Positions 54,312 through 64,000 of a stretch of DNA of 64,000 bases are shown one piece after another. The stretch is from a virus: positions 71,655 to 135,654 of the IMG/VR virus record IMGVR_UViG_3300023074_000001; one strand, written 5' to 3'. Position 1 is the first letter of the stretch; each line of letters opens with the position of its first letter. The notes beneath the pieces were generated by a model. That model searched no databases. It was not told where the DNA came from and worked only from the letters and a program-made list of their open reading frames with translations. Position numbers and translations under genes: made by a program.

Positions 54312-57300
54312 ATGAGTCTAGCGTCACTGCCTCACAAAATTCCTTTCAGTATTGGAGGATTAGTACGCCCCGGAGAAACTAAAGCATATGGCTTTACGGG
54401 TGTATTACCAAAAAGACTCCCCTTTACTTTAAGTGCATTAGTTCCTATCCCAGCTATTCCTTACGGAAGCCTGGGCTGGGAGCTTATCTGTCGTAGGTAT
54501 GATGACTTTCAGACTGAATTATTGAGAACCAATGACTTTACTGCGCTTACCTTTTCCCGTGAACTTAGTGCTCTGGGTGCAGCATCATTTTCTCTCAATT
54601 TAGATCATCCATTATTTCAACAAGCATTGAATACTGGTGCCTCTATTGAAGATTTATTTGATTACGAAAATTTATGGGAAATTAGATTCGATGGTAAAAT
54701 CCGTTTCCAAGTGTTAGGTACAGCTGTTGTTGATTCTCAGATTAATGAAGTTGAACAACGTACCGCTACTGTTTCTGGGTCCGGTATAGCTAAGGTACTG
54801 GAGTGGGCTACTGTTTATCCAGTAGGATTCCCTGATAACATTCTCACCAAATTAGAAACACTCAATGATCCTTTCACCAGTGAATCACTGAACACCGAGG
54901 TGTGGTCGAACACCAGCGTATCCTCTGGAATTGTTATGACAAGTCTTGGTGCTCGCAAGCAAGCTGATGCAGATATAGATAAATTAACAGAAGAATACAA
55001 AACTATTAATGAGCAGTTAACGGCAGCTACTGCTTCCTACAATGCTGAAAAAGCTACCTACGCCGCCGTCATGAAGGATAAAACTTCTACGGCTAACGAG
55101 AAAAAAGAAGCACTCAAGCAGTTAAACGAAGCTAAAATAGCCGAAGCTAAATTAGCTCAGCAAAAAACGCAAAATTTGGTTGATACCGCTCAAGCTACTC
55201 AACGTAAAAACTTCGCTACCGGTAGCACTGTGTATCAAGATGATTCTTACGGGCACCTAAAGCTTACTAGAGGTAGCGCAGGTATAACATATCTAGAATC
55301 TAAAGATTATGATTTTGCCAGTTCTGGCGTAGCTGTTGGTGTTGAGCCAGCACCATCAAGATCAGGTTACGATGGACAGGCTCATACTATTATTAGAGTA
55401 AGCCATAACCCTAATGCGGGGTTTGTCAATAATCTTGTACCTGACAAGAACACCAGTAGAGACTTTGCTAGATTGTACACTACAAGAATTAACGACAATC
55501 TTAGACTGGTTGCAGAATGCACTAGTAATAATGTGACTGTTAATGAAGACTGGGAATATGATGTAAATGCTCAGAGGTATTGGAGAATCCGTGATGACAA
55601 CGGATTTATGATTTTTGATACTTCTGCGGATAATACATTATGGACTGAGCGCTTCCGTTGTGAATACAGTTGGCCTACAGCTACTGTAGTATTCCAGTTT
55701 GGGCTAGAAATTATTGGAGAAGTAGGCATCGGGTTCCCGCTGTCTGCGTATATCTTTAAACTAAACGATTCTACTATTCCTGCTGTGGAGCCAGCCATGG
55801 CTTTATTTCAGCAACTACTGGCTAGTGCTCAAAGTAGAGGAACTATTCCATTTGTCAAAACAGCATTCACAGATTCACTAGACTCTCGTGGTCTGGTTTG
55901 GATAGGTGAGCCGGTTGTTGATGTGGCTGAGGGTACAAAGCTATCTGACGCCTTAAAAACACTTTCAGATATTCAGCAGGCTGATTGGTTTATGGACAAT
56001 GACTTCAATCTAAAGGTATTCCAGAGAACTAAAGAAGACGTTACTATTCCACCAGTCTTTTTCACCAAAGAAGATGTTGTATTTAATGAAGCAGGATCGC
56101 AGTTAGCTAAGGAAAGAACTAGAACAAGAGATACTATTGCTAATGCAATTATAGGTAAGAACTCAGTAGGCAGCTACGCATACATAGAGGATTCTTCTTC
56201 TCAGACTAAGTATCAGAGAAGAGAAGCCTTTATTTCTGCTGGAAACTCAGAGAACTTGGAAAGTTTAGCTTTAGTACTTGATGCAACTCTAGAAGAAGTA
56301 AAAAATGAGAAAACTTCTTGGCGAGTAAATGTTGCAGCCGATCAGCCGGGCAGAAGAGTATTCGAAGATTACGATATAGGTGACTGGATTTCTATAGAAA
56401 ATATAGATTCTGCTAAAAACATTACTGTGGCTCAGTGGAGAGTTATCGGCATTGCAGTCAGCATTACTTCAGATTCTATTACTACTGTGGAATTGACATT
56501 ACAATCAAGAATGCAGCTTCTTGCAGAAAGATTAAAGGCACAAGTTGAAAGTATGTCAGCCTCAAGCATCTCAGGATCAACTACACTGGGAAGCTCAGTC
56601 AGTGCTGCTACATTAATTCAGCAAGCAACCTTAGCAGGATTAAGAGATGTTATTATTCCTAATCCTGTAGAGGGAGATGTACTTACTTATGCTAATGGAT
56701 TCTGGACACCTGTAGCCCCTGGTGATAAAACTATTCCAAATACCCCCGAGTTCACTACTGTATACAGTAACGTGTATTATCCTGCTGATGGTGTATCAGT
56801 AAAGGCACAAGCTCAAATTTCTTGGAACTTACCTACCAATACTGATGGTTCCATGATTAGTGACGGACATCACTTTGAGCTACGTTACAAGCCTGATGTC
56901 AGTGCTGATTATCCTGCATTATGGGAAGAAGCTGAAGATTATCTTTGGGAAGATTTGTACACCTGGGGACAACCTACTATTCCACCTATCACTAATTCTG
57001 GGTGGCAGGTTATGTATGTCGGATGGGACGAGACATCTACAGTAATTCAGGAATTAAGTCCTGGAGTTAATTATGAAATCCAGATTCGTGCAGTAGACTC
57101 GTCAACTCCTCAGCATTTCTCCGAGTGGTCTCCTATTTATGTATTCTCAGCCAACAAGGATACTATTGCTCCTCCTATGCCTGCTCCACCTGTAGTGGCC
57201 TCAAGCCTATTAGGCATTCAAGTAATTCATTACTTAGGACAATTCTCTGGCGGGCAATTCAACCTGCCTCCAGATATGTCTTATTTAGAGGTTCACGTAG

Positions 57301-58868
57301 GAGGACCATCATTTTATCCAGATGATTCTACTCGCATAGGTAAAATCATTGCTGATCAAGGAATGATTCGTTCAGGCACCCCCGTTATTCAAACATTCAA
57401 CTTGGAAAGTACAGATAATATTTGGGTAAGAGTAGTAGCCGTAGATAAAGCTGGAAACAAATCAGGACCATCTCCTGCCGTTACTTCAACTATTGCGTTG
57501 ATCGATGATGCACACATCAGTGATCTGACAGCATCTAAGATTACGGCCGGAACCATCAATGCATCCATTATTCTCGGTGGAGTGATCCGTACAGCGGAGT
57601 CCGGCGCTCGCGCAGAGATGAACTTTGAGGGCTTCAGGATTTATTCTGAGGATGATGATCCTACAGTTGCACTACTGGGTAACCCTGGAAGTAATGGTAA
57701 CTTTTTATTAATTAAAGATTTAGAAGATCCATCTATTACCTTAGCAGGAATCGATGGAACAGGAAGAGGCTCATTCCAAGATATTACGGTATCAGACAGT
57801 GTTACTATTCAAGGAGAAGACTTACTTGATGAAATCATTTACCCTAGGGCCAAGGGTGTTATTTCTATTGGTACTTGGAATAGTCCTGTCGTTGCGGGAG
57901 GTGTAGGAATTGAAAGAGGATTCTTAGAGATCAGTTTCATTGCGGAGGAATCAAGAACTTATATGATCTTCGGCATTACTGAGTGGGAATCTACCTCCAA
58001 TACTGACAGATTGGTTCTTCGTCTTTATGATTCAGGAGATCTAGATCCTACTATGACACTTGGTACCCATATTCAACAGGCTATCAATGTCGGTGCCCCC
58101 ACTGCCGGAGGTAATGCTACCGCGCACATTACTCACGCGGGAACATTCACACCAGGACTACATAGAGTCCTTATGACATTCTTTGCCTACAACGGTGTAG
58201 CTACTGTGGCACCTGATACTAATGCATCGAGTTTAATTTGGGTAGAAGATGTAGGTCTACCTAAAACTGATACTGTAATTGTTAACGATGGTGGTGTAGA
58301 TGCATATCTTGCTCCTTCTACACCGGATTCAAAACCAGCTCCTCCTAAACCTAAGGTTGAATACACCAAAACTTATTCTTGTACATGGTCTGGAACCTAT
58401 CGCTCTAATGGAGATTATTCATCATCTCATGGTAACACCATGGTACAAGGTGACTCCGGGGCTGACAACTGGTTAAATGATGCGCGAGCACTGTGTGGAT
58501 TTAATTATGCTCAAATTATCAAGGACACTAAGGGTGCAACTATAAAGGCTTGCTATGTCACCTTGTACGCTAACCACTGGTATTGGAATGATGGAGGAAC
58601 CGCGAGGATCGGGACTCATAGTTATACAGGTAGACCTGGTTCATGGTCAGGCTCCCGTGTGGATGAGCAAAGAATCACATCAGCCAATTGGCCTAAGCCA
58701 GGTAAGAGAAAAGTTAATCTTGGAACCTCTGTGGGTAATGACTTCAAGTCTGGTGCAGCAAAGGGTATTGCCCTAGGACCAACTACGGGTTCTAAAACTC
58801 AATATGGAAAGTTCAACGGTAATGGTCAAGCTAATGAACCTGTACTGACTATAGTGTACGTGAAGTGA
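54312..58868 (+). CDS. large minor tail/baseplate hub protein with FN3-like domains
   Basis: DYDIGD; LSPGVNYEIQIRAVD; VRVVAVDKAGNKS; LTASKITAGTI. Confidence 0.85.
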   Translation: MSLASLPHKIPFSIGGLVRPGETKAYGFTGVLPKRLPFTLSALVPIPAIPYGSLGWELICRRYDDFQTELLRTNDFTALTFSRELSALGAASFSLNLDHPLFQQALNTGASIEDLFDYENLWEIRFDGKIRFQVLGTAVVDSQINEVEQRTATVSGSGIAKVLEWATVYPVGFPDNILTKLETLNDPFTSESLNTEVWSNTSVSSGIVMTSLGARKQADADIDKLTEEYKTINEQLTAATASYNAEKATYAAVMKDKTSTANEKKEALKQLNEAKIAEAKLAQQKTQNLVDTAQATQRKNFATGSTVYQDDSYGHLKLTRGSAGITYLESKDYDFASSGVAVGVEPAPSRSGYDGQAHTIIRVSHNPNAGFVNNLVPDKNTSRDFARLYTTRINDNLRLVAECTSNNVTVNEDWEYDVNAQRYWRIRDDNGFMIFDTSADNTLWTERFRCEYSWPTATVVFQFGLEIIGEVGIGFPLSAYIFKLNDSTIPAVEPAMALFQQLLASAQSRGTIPFVKTAFTDSLDSRGLVWIGEPVVDVAEGTKLSDALKTLSDIQQADWFMDNDFNLKVFQRTKEDVTIPPVFFTKEDVVFNEAGSQLAKERTRTRDTIANAIIGKNSVGSYAYIEDSSSQTKYQRREAFISAGNSENLESLALVLDATLEEVKNEKTSWRVNVAADQPGRRVFEDYDIGDWISIENIDSAKNITVAQWRVIGIAVSITSDSITTVELTLQSRMQLLAERLKAQVESMSASSISGSTTLGSSVSAATLIQQATLAGLRDVIIPNPVEGDVLTYANGFWTPVAPGDKTIPNTPEFTTVYSNVYYPADGVSVKAQAQISWNLPTNTDGSMISDGHHFELRYKPDVSADYPALWEEAEDYLWEDLYTWGQPTIPPITNSGWQVMYVGWDETSTVIQELSPGVNYEIQIRAVDSSTPQHFSEWSPIYVFSANKDTIAPPMPAPPVVASSLLGIQVIHYLGQFSGGQFNLPPDMSYLEVHVGGPSFYPDDSTRIGKIIADQGMIRSGTPVIQTFNLESTDNIWVRVVAVDKAGNKSGPSPAVTSTIALIDDAHISDLTASKITAGTINASIILGGVIRTAESGARAEMNFEGFRIYSEDDDPTVALLGNPGSNGNFLLIKDLEDPSITLAGIDGTGRGSFQDITVSDSVTIQGEDLLDEIIYPRAKGVISIGTWNSPVVAGGVGIERGFLEISFIAEESRTYMIFGITEWESTSNTDRLVLRLYDSGDLDPTMTLGTHIQQAINVGAPTAGGNATAHITHAGTFTPGLHRVLMTFFAYNGVATVAPDTNASSLIWVEDVGLPKTDTVIVNDGGVDAYLAPSTPDSKPAPPKPKVEYTKTYSCTWSGTYRSNGDYSSSHGNTMVQGDSGADNWLNDARALCGFNYAQIIKDTKGATIKACYVTLYANHWYWNDGGTARIGTHSYTGRPGSWSGSRVDEQRITSANWPKPGKRKVNLGTSVGNDFKSGAAKGIALGPTTGSKTQYGKFNGNGQANEPVLTIVYVK

Positions 58869-58974
58869 TCCCCGTTCCCAGGGACAGATACTTACCTACA
58901 CTTCGATCAGCAGGTCACAGACTAGGTAACCGATACAAGAGTAAGACTTGAAAATAACCCAGGAGGTACTAGTA

Positions 58975-60054
58975 ATGTCAGCTACCACTCCAAGAGTAGG
59001 ATTCTACCTACCTGAAGATGATGGAAGTGAGCCAGTAAATGTAGCAACAGATCTAAACGATAATCTTGAGAAAATTGATGCGACGATAGGATTCGTTCCT
59101 GCCCTGGAAGCTACTCCACCATCGAACACCTTCAACGGGATGGGTCGATACAACACTGACTCCGGGAAAGTATCCTTTTTAAAGGCTGCTACGTGGACTC
59201 AGATTCTTGCTGAAGGTGCTACATTCCTTAGCAATATCCTTATGGGTGCAGCTAACAGAATTGGTATAGGAACAACCACTCCAGCCGCTATTGTTGACGT
59301 AGCAGTAACTAATACTGCTACGGTTCCACTGTTAAGGTATAAGGCATCAGGTGAAGCTTATCCCCGAGTTCAGGTAGATAATAATGGTATTAGATTGGGT
59401 GGAGGATCACTAACCCCAGAGACACGAATTTATCGCCCAGCACCCGATCAGTTGAGCATTACTGGTGGAGTAAACGTTGAGACTAATCTTAACGTTGCTG
59501 GATATCTTGGTGTTAACTCTATGGATATCTCAGGCAACCTTGGTATTGGTGGTGTAATCTATACCGACTTACATGTCAATGGAGATTTCTCAGCGGGCGG
59601 CACAGGATATATTGCTACTATTAGAAAACTTGTTGACACGACTAGAACTAGTACTACAACATTAGCTAATGATCCAGAGTTATTCGTCAACCTAGACGCT
59701 AACAGTGTTTATATGATTGAGACTTATCTTATTATTTCTGGTTCTAACGCCGGTGACTTCCAGTATTCATGGACCGGTCCTACAGGTTCTTCAGGATTAA
59801 GATGGTCGTTAGGCCCATCAGCGGCAAGCACTAACCGTGAAGACACAACTATGCGATCAGGTATTCATCAGCTGACTACTGCTGTTATTGTAGGTGTTCA
59901 CTCTGATGCCTCCTTCTCGGGTGCGCAAGATACTATGGTTATTACGACAACTACAGCAGGTCAACTAATTTTGAAGTATGCTCAAGGAACATCAAGCGCG
60001 ACAGCAACTACATTGCGCGCAGGCTCATTGATGCAAATAAGAAAAGTTGCATAA
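58975..60054 (+). CDS. minor tail fibre protein
   Basis: T.R.G...P..D.N.N..KID; IGIGTTTP; C-terminal domain shared with 53484. Confidence 0.75.
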   Translation: MSATTPRVGFYLPEDDGSEPVNVATDLNDNLEKIDATIGFVPALEATPPSNTFNGMGRYNTDSGKVSFLKAATWTQILAEGATFLSNILMGAANRIGIGTTTPAAIVDVAVTNTATVPLLRYKASGEAYPRVQVDNNGIRLGGGSLTPETRIYRPAPDQLSITGGVNVETNLNVAGYLGVNSMDISGNLGIGGVIYTDLHVNGDFSAGGTGYIATIRKLVDTTRTSTTTLANDPELFVNLDANSVYMIETYLIISGSNAGDFQYSWTGPTGSSGLRWSLGPSAASTNREDTTMRSGIHQLTTAVIVGVHSDASFSGAQDTMVITTTTAGQLILKYAQGTSSATATTLRAGSLMQIRKVA

Positions 60055-60116
60055 TGTGTGAAGATCAGTTACAATGAGATAAGTAAAGACTTATCTCCAA
60101 GAGGGAGGAAAATAGT

Positions 60117-60446
60117 ATGGGTACATTAGCACTTATTGCTGCTGTAGTTAAGAAGTTTGTTGACTTCGTTCGTCAACTACGCGGTAGAGATACCAGTGCA
60201 GTAGTTACTCAGTTGCTGGCATGGGTTTTGGGTGTAGTTGCGGTTTATCTAGCTGCTCACGTAGACTTCGCCTCAGCAGTTGAGTTTGCCAATATGTCAC
60301 TTGACGACATGAGCCTTTGGACTCAGACTGTTCTAGGTGTACTCGTTGGTTCCGTAGGTTCTGTAGCAAAAGATGGTCTAAAGGCATTGGATAATTCTCA
60401 GACCGAAGCAGCACCTAAGTTGGTCCCAGGACCAACAGAAAGATAA
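60117..60446 (+). CDS. holin-like membrane protein
   Basis: Hydrophobic segments; GGAGG RBS; at the end of the tail module. Confidence 0.6.
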   Translation: MGTLALIAAVVKKFVDFVRQLRGRDTSAVVTQLLAWVLGVVAVYLAAHVDFASAVEFANMSLDDMSLWTQTVLGVLVGSVGSVAKDGLKALDNSQTEAAPKLVPGPTER

Positions 60447-60455
60447 GGCATTTGT

Positions 60456-60644
60456 ATGACGAGCCGATTCCACGAAACACCTGAACTAGACTTTGGCATG
60501 TATAGTCAGTTAGTTGCTGATGCGCTACTTGCTTTCCAGCAGGATGTCGCCTATGCTATTCAGGTGGTGGAATCGGCTCGGTCTATTACTGAGAAAAAGT
60601 CTGCCTCAGCTAAGCGATCTAAATCCAAGATATTAAGGAGTTAA
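60456..60644 (+). CDS. hypothetical protein
   Basis: Fills the gap between co-oriented genes. Confidence 0.4.
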   Translation: MTSRFHETPELDFGMYSQLVADALLAFQQDVAYAIQVVESARSITEKKSASAKRSKSKILRS

Positions 60645-60645
60645 T

Positions 60646-62256
60646 GTGCTATTTGAGGCAAATAAGTTACCAACTGATAAGCGAGATCGACTAGCTCGAA
60701 AAATTAGAAGTATTAAAGATATCAATTTACCAGAATTAAAATACTTCAATAGTCTTCCTTGCGAAAATCATGTGACTCCTGATCCCCTCTGTCAAAAGTG
60801 CGGGATCATTTTTCGTAAGCATCAAAAAGTAGGAGTCGCATGGCTGTATTCCGCAGGAATAGGACTGTTAGCTGATAGTGTTGGTACAGGTAAAACTATC
60901 CAGGCAGCTGGAACCGCCGCAGTAATAAAGCAAGCTGGTGAATTATCTGATGGATCAAAGATTCTTGTTGTATGTCGTCCTAGTGCGGTGCCTCAGTGGG
61001 AGCAGCAACTTAACCGTTTGTTGATAGACACTAAAGTTATCGTAGGCGACGGGGTTCGTAAAAAAAGAATTGCTAAGTACATGGCTGATGACTGGGAAAT
61101 CTGTGTCATGGGCTATCAAATGCTTATCAACGATCTAGAGCAACTAGATCTCGCCTTTAATTTCCAGGCAGTATTCGTCGATGACGTTGACCCACTCCGT
61201 AACGGTGATACCGCTACAGCCTACGCCGTTAATCGTATTAGCCGCAGGGCACCTCATATCTACATTCTTACCGGTACCCCGCTACAGAAAAAGCTACAAG
61301 ATCTTTACAATGTTCTTCAGCCGCTAGGAGCTAGAAACATTCTAGGCTCACCTATTACTTTTGAACGTAGATATTTGCAGAAGGAACTTATCGAAGAATC
61401 TAGCGGTACTGGGAAAACTAGCATCAGGCGAAAGGTAGTAGGATATAGAAACCTGGATGAGTTCAAGGAAAAAATTGCTCATCTTACTCTTCGCCGTACA
61501 GCAGAAGATATCGATGACGTAACGTTACCTGCGGTTATCCCCAACAATATTTTTCTGGAGCTGTATCCTGCTCAAACAGAGAAATACAAAGAATTGCAGC
61601 GCGGCGTCTTAAGAATTATCAAGGCAGAGGGTGAGCAAGTTAAGCACGCAACTGCTGTCTCTAAGTTTAACTACGGTGCTCAGATCTGTGGCGGGCTGGC
61701 TGTTGTGGGAGAGGAGGACAGACCTCGAACCTCGGTAAAACTAGATTGGGTCGAAGAGAAATTAGTAGGAGATCTAAATGAAGAAAAAGTAGTTATCTTC
61801 ATTAATTTTAGAAATGGAGTAACAGCACTTCAGAATAGATTAGATAGGCAGGGGATTCGTTACGTTACTATTTCAGGGGCTAACCGCAATAATGCTGACA
61901 GGTTTGCCGCACAGCAACGGTTCTGGGAAGACCCGAGTTGTAGAGTGCTTATAGGTACTACATCTATCGAGCAGTCTTTGAATCTACAGATTGCTCGACA
62001 CCTGATTAACGTAGACATGATTATGAATCCTTCCCGTATGGAGCAGTTAGCGGGTAGAATCAGAAGAGATGGATCAAGTCATAGTTCTATCTATGTACAT
62101 AACCTCCTGACTGTAGACACACAGGAAGAAAGATATTTACCTGCCCTAGAGCGCGAACAGGCATTGATCGATCACATATGGGATTCTCAGAGTGAATTGT
62201 TCAATGCCTTGAGCCCTCTAGCCTTACTTACCATGATTGGAGGTACGACTAGGTGA
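60646..62256 (+). CDS. SNF2-family helicase
   Basis: LAD.VGTGKT; TGTP; LRRT; SLNLQ; Q..GRI.R (variant Walker B VDDVD). Confidence 0.88.
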   Translation: MLFEANKLPTDKRDRLARKIRSIKDINLPELKYFNSLPCENHVTPDPLCQKCGIIFRKHQKVGVAWLYSAGIGLLADSVGTGKTIQAAGTAAVIKQAGELSDGSKILVVCRPSAVPQWEQQLNRLLIDTKVIVGDGVRKKRIAKYMADDWEICVMGYQMLINDLEQLDLAFNFQAVFVDDVDPLRNGDTATAYAVNRISRRAPHIYILTGTPLQKKLQDLYNVLQPLGARNILGSPITFERRYLQKELIEESSGTGKTSIRRKVVGYRNLDEFKEKIAHLTLRRTAEDIDDVTLPAVIPNNIFLELYPAQTEKYKELQRGVLRIIKAEGEQVKHATAVSKFNYGAQICGGLAVVGEEDRPRTSVKLDWVEEKLVGDLNEEKVVIFINFRNGVTALQNRLDRQGIRYVTISGANRNNADRFAAQQRFWEDPSCRVLIGTTSIEQSLNLQIARHLINVDMIMNPSRMEQLAGRIRRDGSSHSSIYVHNLLTVDTQEERYLPALEREQALIDHIWDSQSELFNALSPLALLTMIGGTTR

Positions 62257-62972
62257 ATTATGACAGAGATTTCCTTATACTTGAACATTTGGATTTGGCG
62301 AAAAAGGTAGCTGTTAAAGAATGGAGAACAGCCACCCATGCTCTTGAGCGAGATGAGATGATCGCATTAGCTAATCTAGGTTTAGTTGACGCAGCGAACA
62401 GGTGGGAAAAGTATTGTGCTAAAAACAATTACGATCCTTCGGCGACTCAGTATTTTAAGGTATTTGCTAGCCTGAGAATCAGAGGTACTATACGAGACCA
62501 CATTCGTCAGGTAGACTGGGCTACAAGAACTCTTCGAAGCAAATCTAAGAAGCTCAAGGACGCGGGGCAAGATGACGGAGTACCTATTGCAGAATTAGCC
62601 TTAAAGACAGATATGACTGAGGCTGAAATAGCAAAGGTAAACGCAAAACTAGCCTCTCGACCCGTGAGTTTAGATTCTCAGATTCTTACAGCTTCAGAAC
62701 ATGGCGACTCCCCTGCCCATCAAATAAAAACTAAAGAGGACACTGAGGGCGCAGCATTTGCTAAGTCTTTGATGAGTGTGTTTGTCACTACTGTTAAAGC
62801 TTTACCTCAAGAAACACAACTTGTCATTAGCCTGTATTATTACAGTAAATTAGACATGAAGAGAATTTCAGAGCTATTAGGTATGCCTGAAATAAAAATA
62901 TCACAGCTACATGCTAGCGGTGTAGTAGCCGTTAAAGATGCATTGACATTCGCCGCCACAGAGAAAGATTAA
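62253..62972 (+). CDS. RNA polymerase sigma factor, FliA/WhiG (sigma28) family
   Basis: GLVDAA; F..FA..RIRG.I.D..R..DW..R..R; PVSLD; LP.....VI.LYY......ISELLG.....ISQLH. Confidence 0.9.
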   Translation: MNYDRDFLILEHLDLAKKVAVKEWRTATHALERDEMIALANLGLVDAANRWEKYCAKNNYDPSATQYFKVFASLRIRGTIRDHIRQVDWATRTLRSKSKKLKDAGQDDGVPIAELALKTDMTEAEIAKVNAKLASRPVSLDSQILTASEHGDSPAHQIKTKEDTEGAAFAKSLMSVFVTTVKALPQETQLVISLYYYSKLDMKRISELLGMPEIKISQLHASGVVAVKDALTFAATEKD

Positions 62973-62978
62973 TACTAC

Positions 62979-63431
62979 ATGCTGTTGAACATTAAATATA
63001 AGGCTCTCGATCCTAAAGCAGTAACACCGCAGTATTCTAAATACGGTGATGCGGGAGCAGATCTCTATTCTGTTGATTACGGAATACTGGAACCGAAAGA
63101 ACGTAGACTAATAAATACTGGTATAGCCCTGGAAATTCCTTTCGGTTGGGCAGGATTTATTCATCCTCGCTCAGGTCTTGCAAACTCGTATGGAATTACT
63201 GTAGTCAACTCCCCTGGAACCGTGGATTCAGGGTACCGTGGACCTATTATGATAAATCTGCTTAATACAGGGATAGCTCCATACACCTTTTGTGTTGGAG
63301 ATAGAATTGCTCAGATTATTTTTCAGCAAGTAGACACCGCATATTTTGAGCAAGTAGAAGAACTATCAGAAACTGTTAGAGGGTCCGGCGGGCATGGCTC
63401 TACCGGAGGTTTTGATGTCGGCAGGGTTTAA
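62979..63431 (+). CDS. dut: dUTPase
   Basis: AGADL; PRSGL; GTVDSGYRG; GDRIAQ; RG.GG.GSTG. Confidence 0.95.
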   Translation: MLLNIKYKALDPKAVTPQYSKYGDAGADLYSVDYGILEPKERRLINTGIALEIPFGWAGFIHPRSGLANSYGITVVNSPGTVDSGYRGPIMINLLNTGIAPYTFCVGDRIAQIIFQQVDTAYFEQVEELSETVRGSGGHGSTGGFDVGRV

Positions 63432-63687
63432 ATCAAAGCCGCCTCAGGCACGAACCTTTCACAGGCCATCAGCAGATGTTACTGCTGTAACTCGCCAGTG
63501 GCGTACTGTAGCTGTTCAAGATCTTAAGCCTGGTGATCTAGTAGCCCATCGAGGGTTAGTCATTTCTGTCAAAACTACACCTAAGGATGCAAAAATTGCA
63601 CTTGAAGTAGGTAATCCTATGTCAAAAACATTCTTCATGAACTACGGAGATCGATTGTTTGCCTTCGTTGAAAAGGAGCCTGAGTGA
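63415..63687 (+). CDS. hypothetical protein
   Basis: GGAGG RBS; DLKPGDLV motif. Confidence 0.6.
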   Translation: MSAGFKSKPPQARTFHRPSADVTAVTRQWRTVAVQDLKPGDLVAHRGLVISVKTTPKDAKIALEVGNPMSKTFFMNYGDRLFAFVEKEPE

Positions 63688-64000
63688 GTCGTACATCTTT
63701 AGAGCATAGTAAGATAGTTCTAGCGGCAATCATCCCCGATCGAGACGATCTATTGAGTAGGGCGATGACTCAGTTGACTGAGGTTCATTTTCCTGATCCC
63801 CAGTACAAAAATATTTTCCTCTTGCTTGAGCGTTATCTAGAAACTACAGGAGCGGTATTAACACGTGAAGCCCTTCTAGACACATTAGGCAGAAACAAAG
63901 TTGATGCTGGCAAAATTGCTCTTTATGAGGAAACCTACAAAAACTTACTCTCCTATAAAGTTGAGGATTCCGAGTTTCGCTGGAGTATGGATCAGCTAAA
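63684..64000 (+). CDS. DnaB-like helicase N-terminus (partial, runs off the window)
   Basis: Manual translation MSRTSLEHSKIVLAAII..LTEVHF.DPQYKNIF..; AAGGAG RBS. Confidence 0.55.
   Translation, partial: MSRTSLEHSKIVLAAIIPDRDDLLSRAMTQLTEVHFPDPQYKNIFLLLERYLETTGAVLTREALLDTLGRNKVDAGKIALYEETYKNLLSYKVEDSEFRWSMDQL

Overview
A 64-kb piece of a large tailed phage genome (long tape measure, siphovirus-type gene order). The host is most likely a mycelial actinomycete; this is inferred from the TraB-like gene, the WhiG/FliA-like sigma factor, leaderless genes and tRNAs without encoded CCA. Layout: (1) 1-4.6 kb is a GC-richer early region with eight near-consensus promoters, small structured RNAs and two Rho-N-like genes. 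(2) 4.77-8.3 kb is an apparent actinomycete conjugative module: an FtsK-like TraB with C-terminal wHTH, a clt-like GGAAAC repeat array right after its stop codon, a small membrane protein and a DUF2637/Spd-like protein whose gene is rich in GACA/TGTC. (3) 8.4-24.5 kb is a leftward block with dnaX, about 8 canonical tRNAs, 3 aberrant tRNA-like RNAs, structured spacer RNAs, glycoside hydrolases, class II RNR, Pnkp, RNA ligase and a nucleotidyltransferase. (4) 24.5-29.6 kb holds an endolysin, glycosyltransferases and thioredoxin. (5) 29.8-60.4 kb is the complete head and tail module. (6) The end carries a SNF2 helicase, a WhiG/FliA-type sigma, dUTPase and the start of a DnaB-like helicase. A sigma28-type -10 motif, (G)CCGAT(A), precedes most structural and lysis units. 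All assignments are by-eye motif recognition; no searches or folding programs were run.
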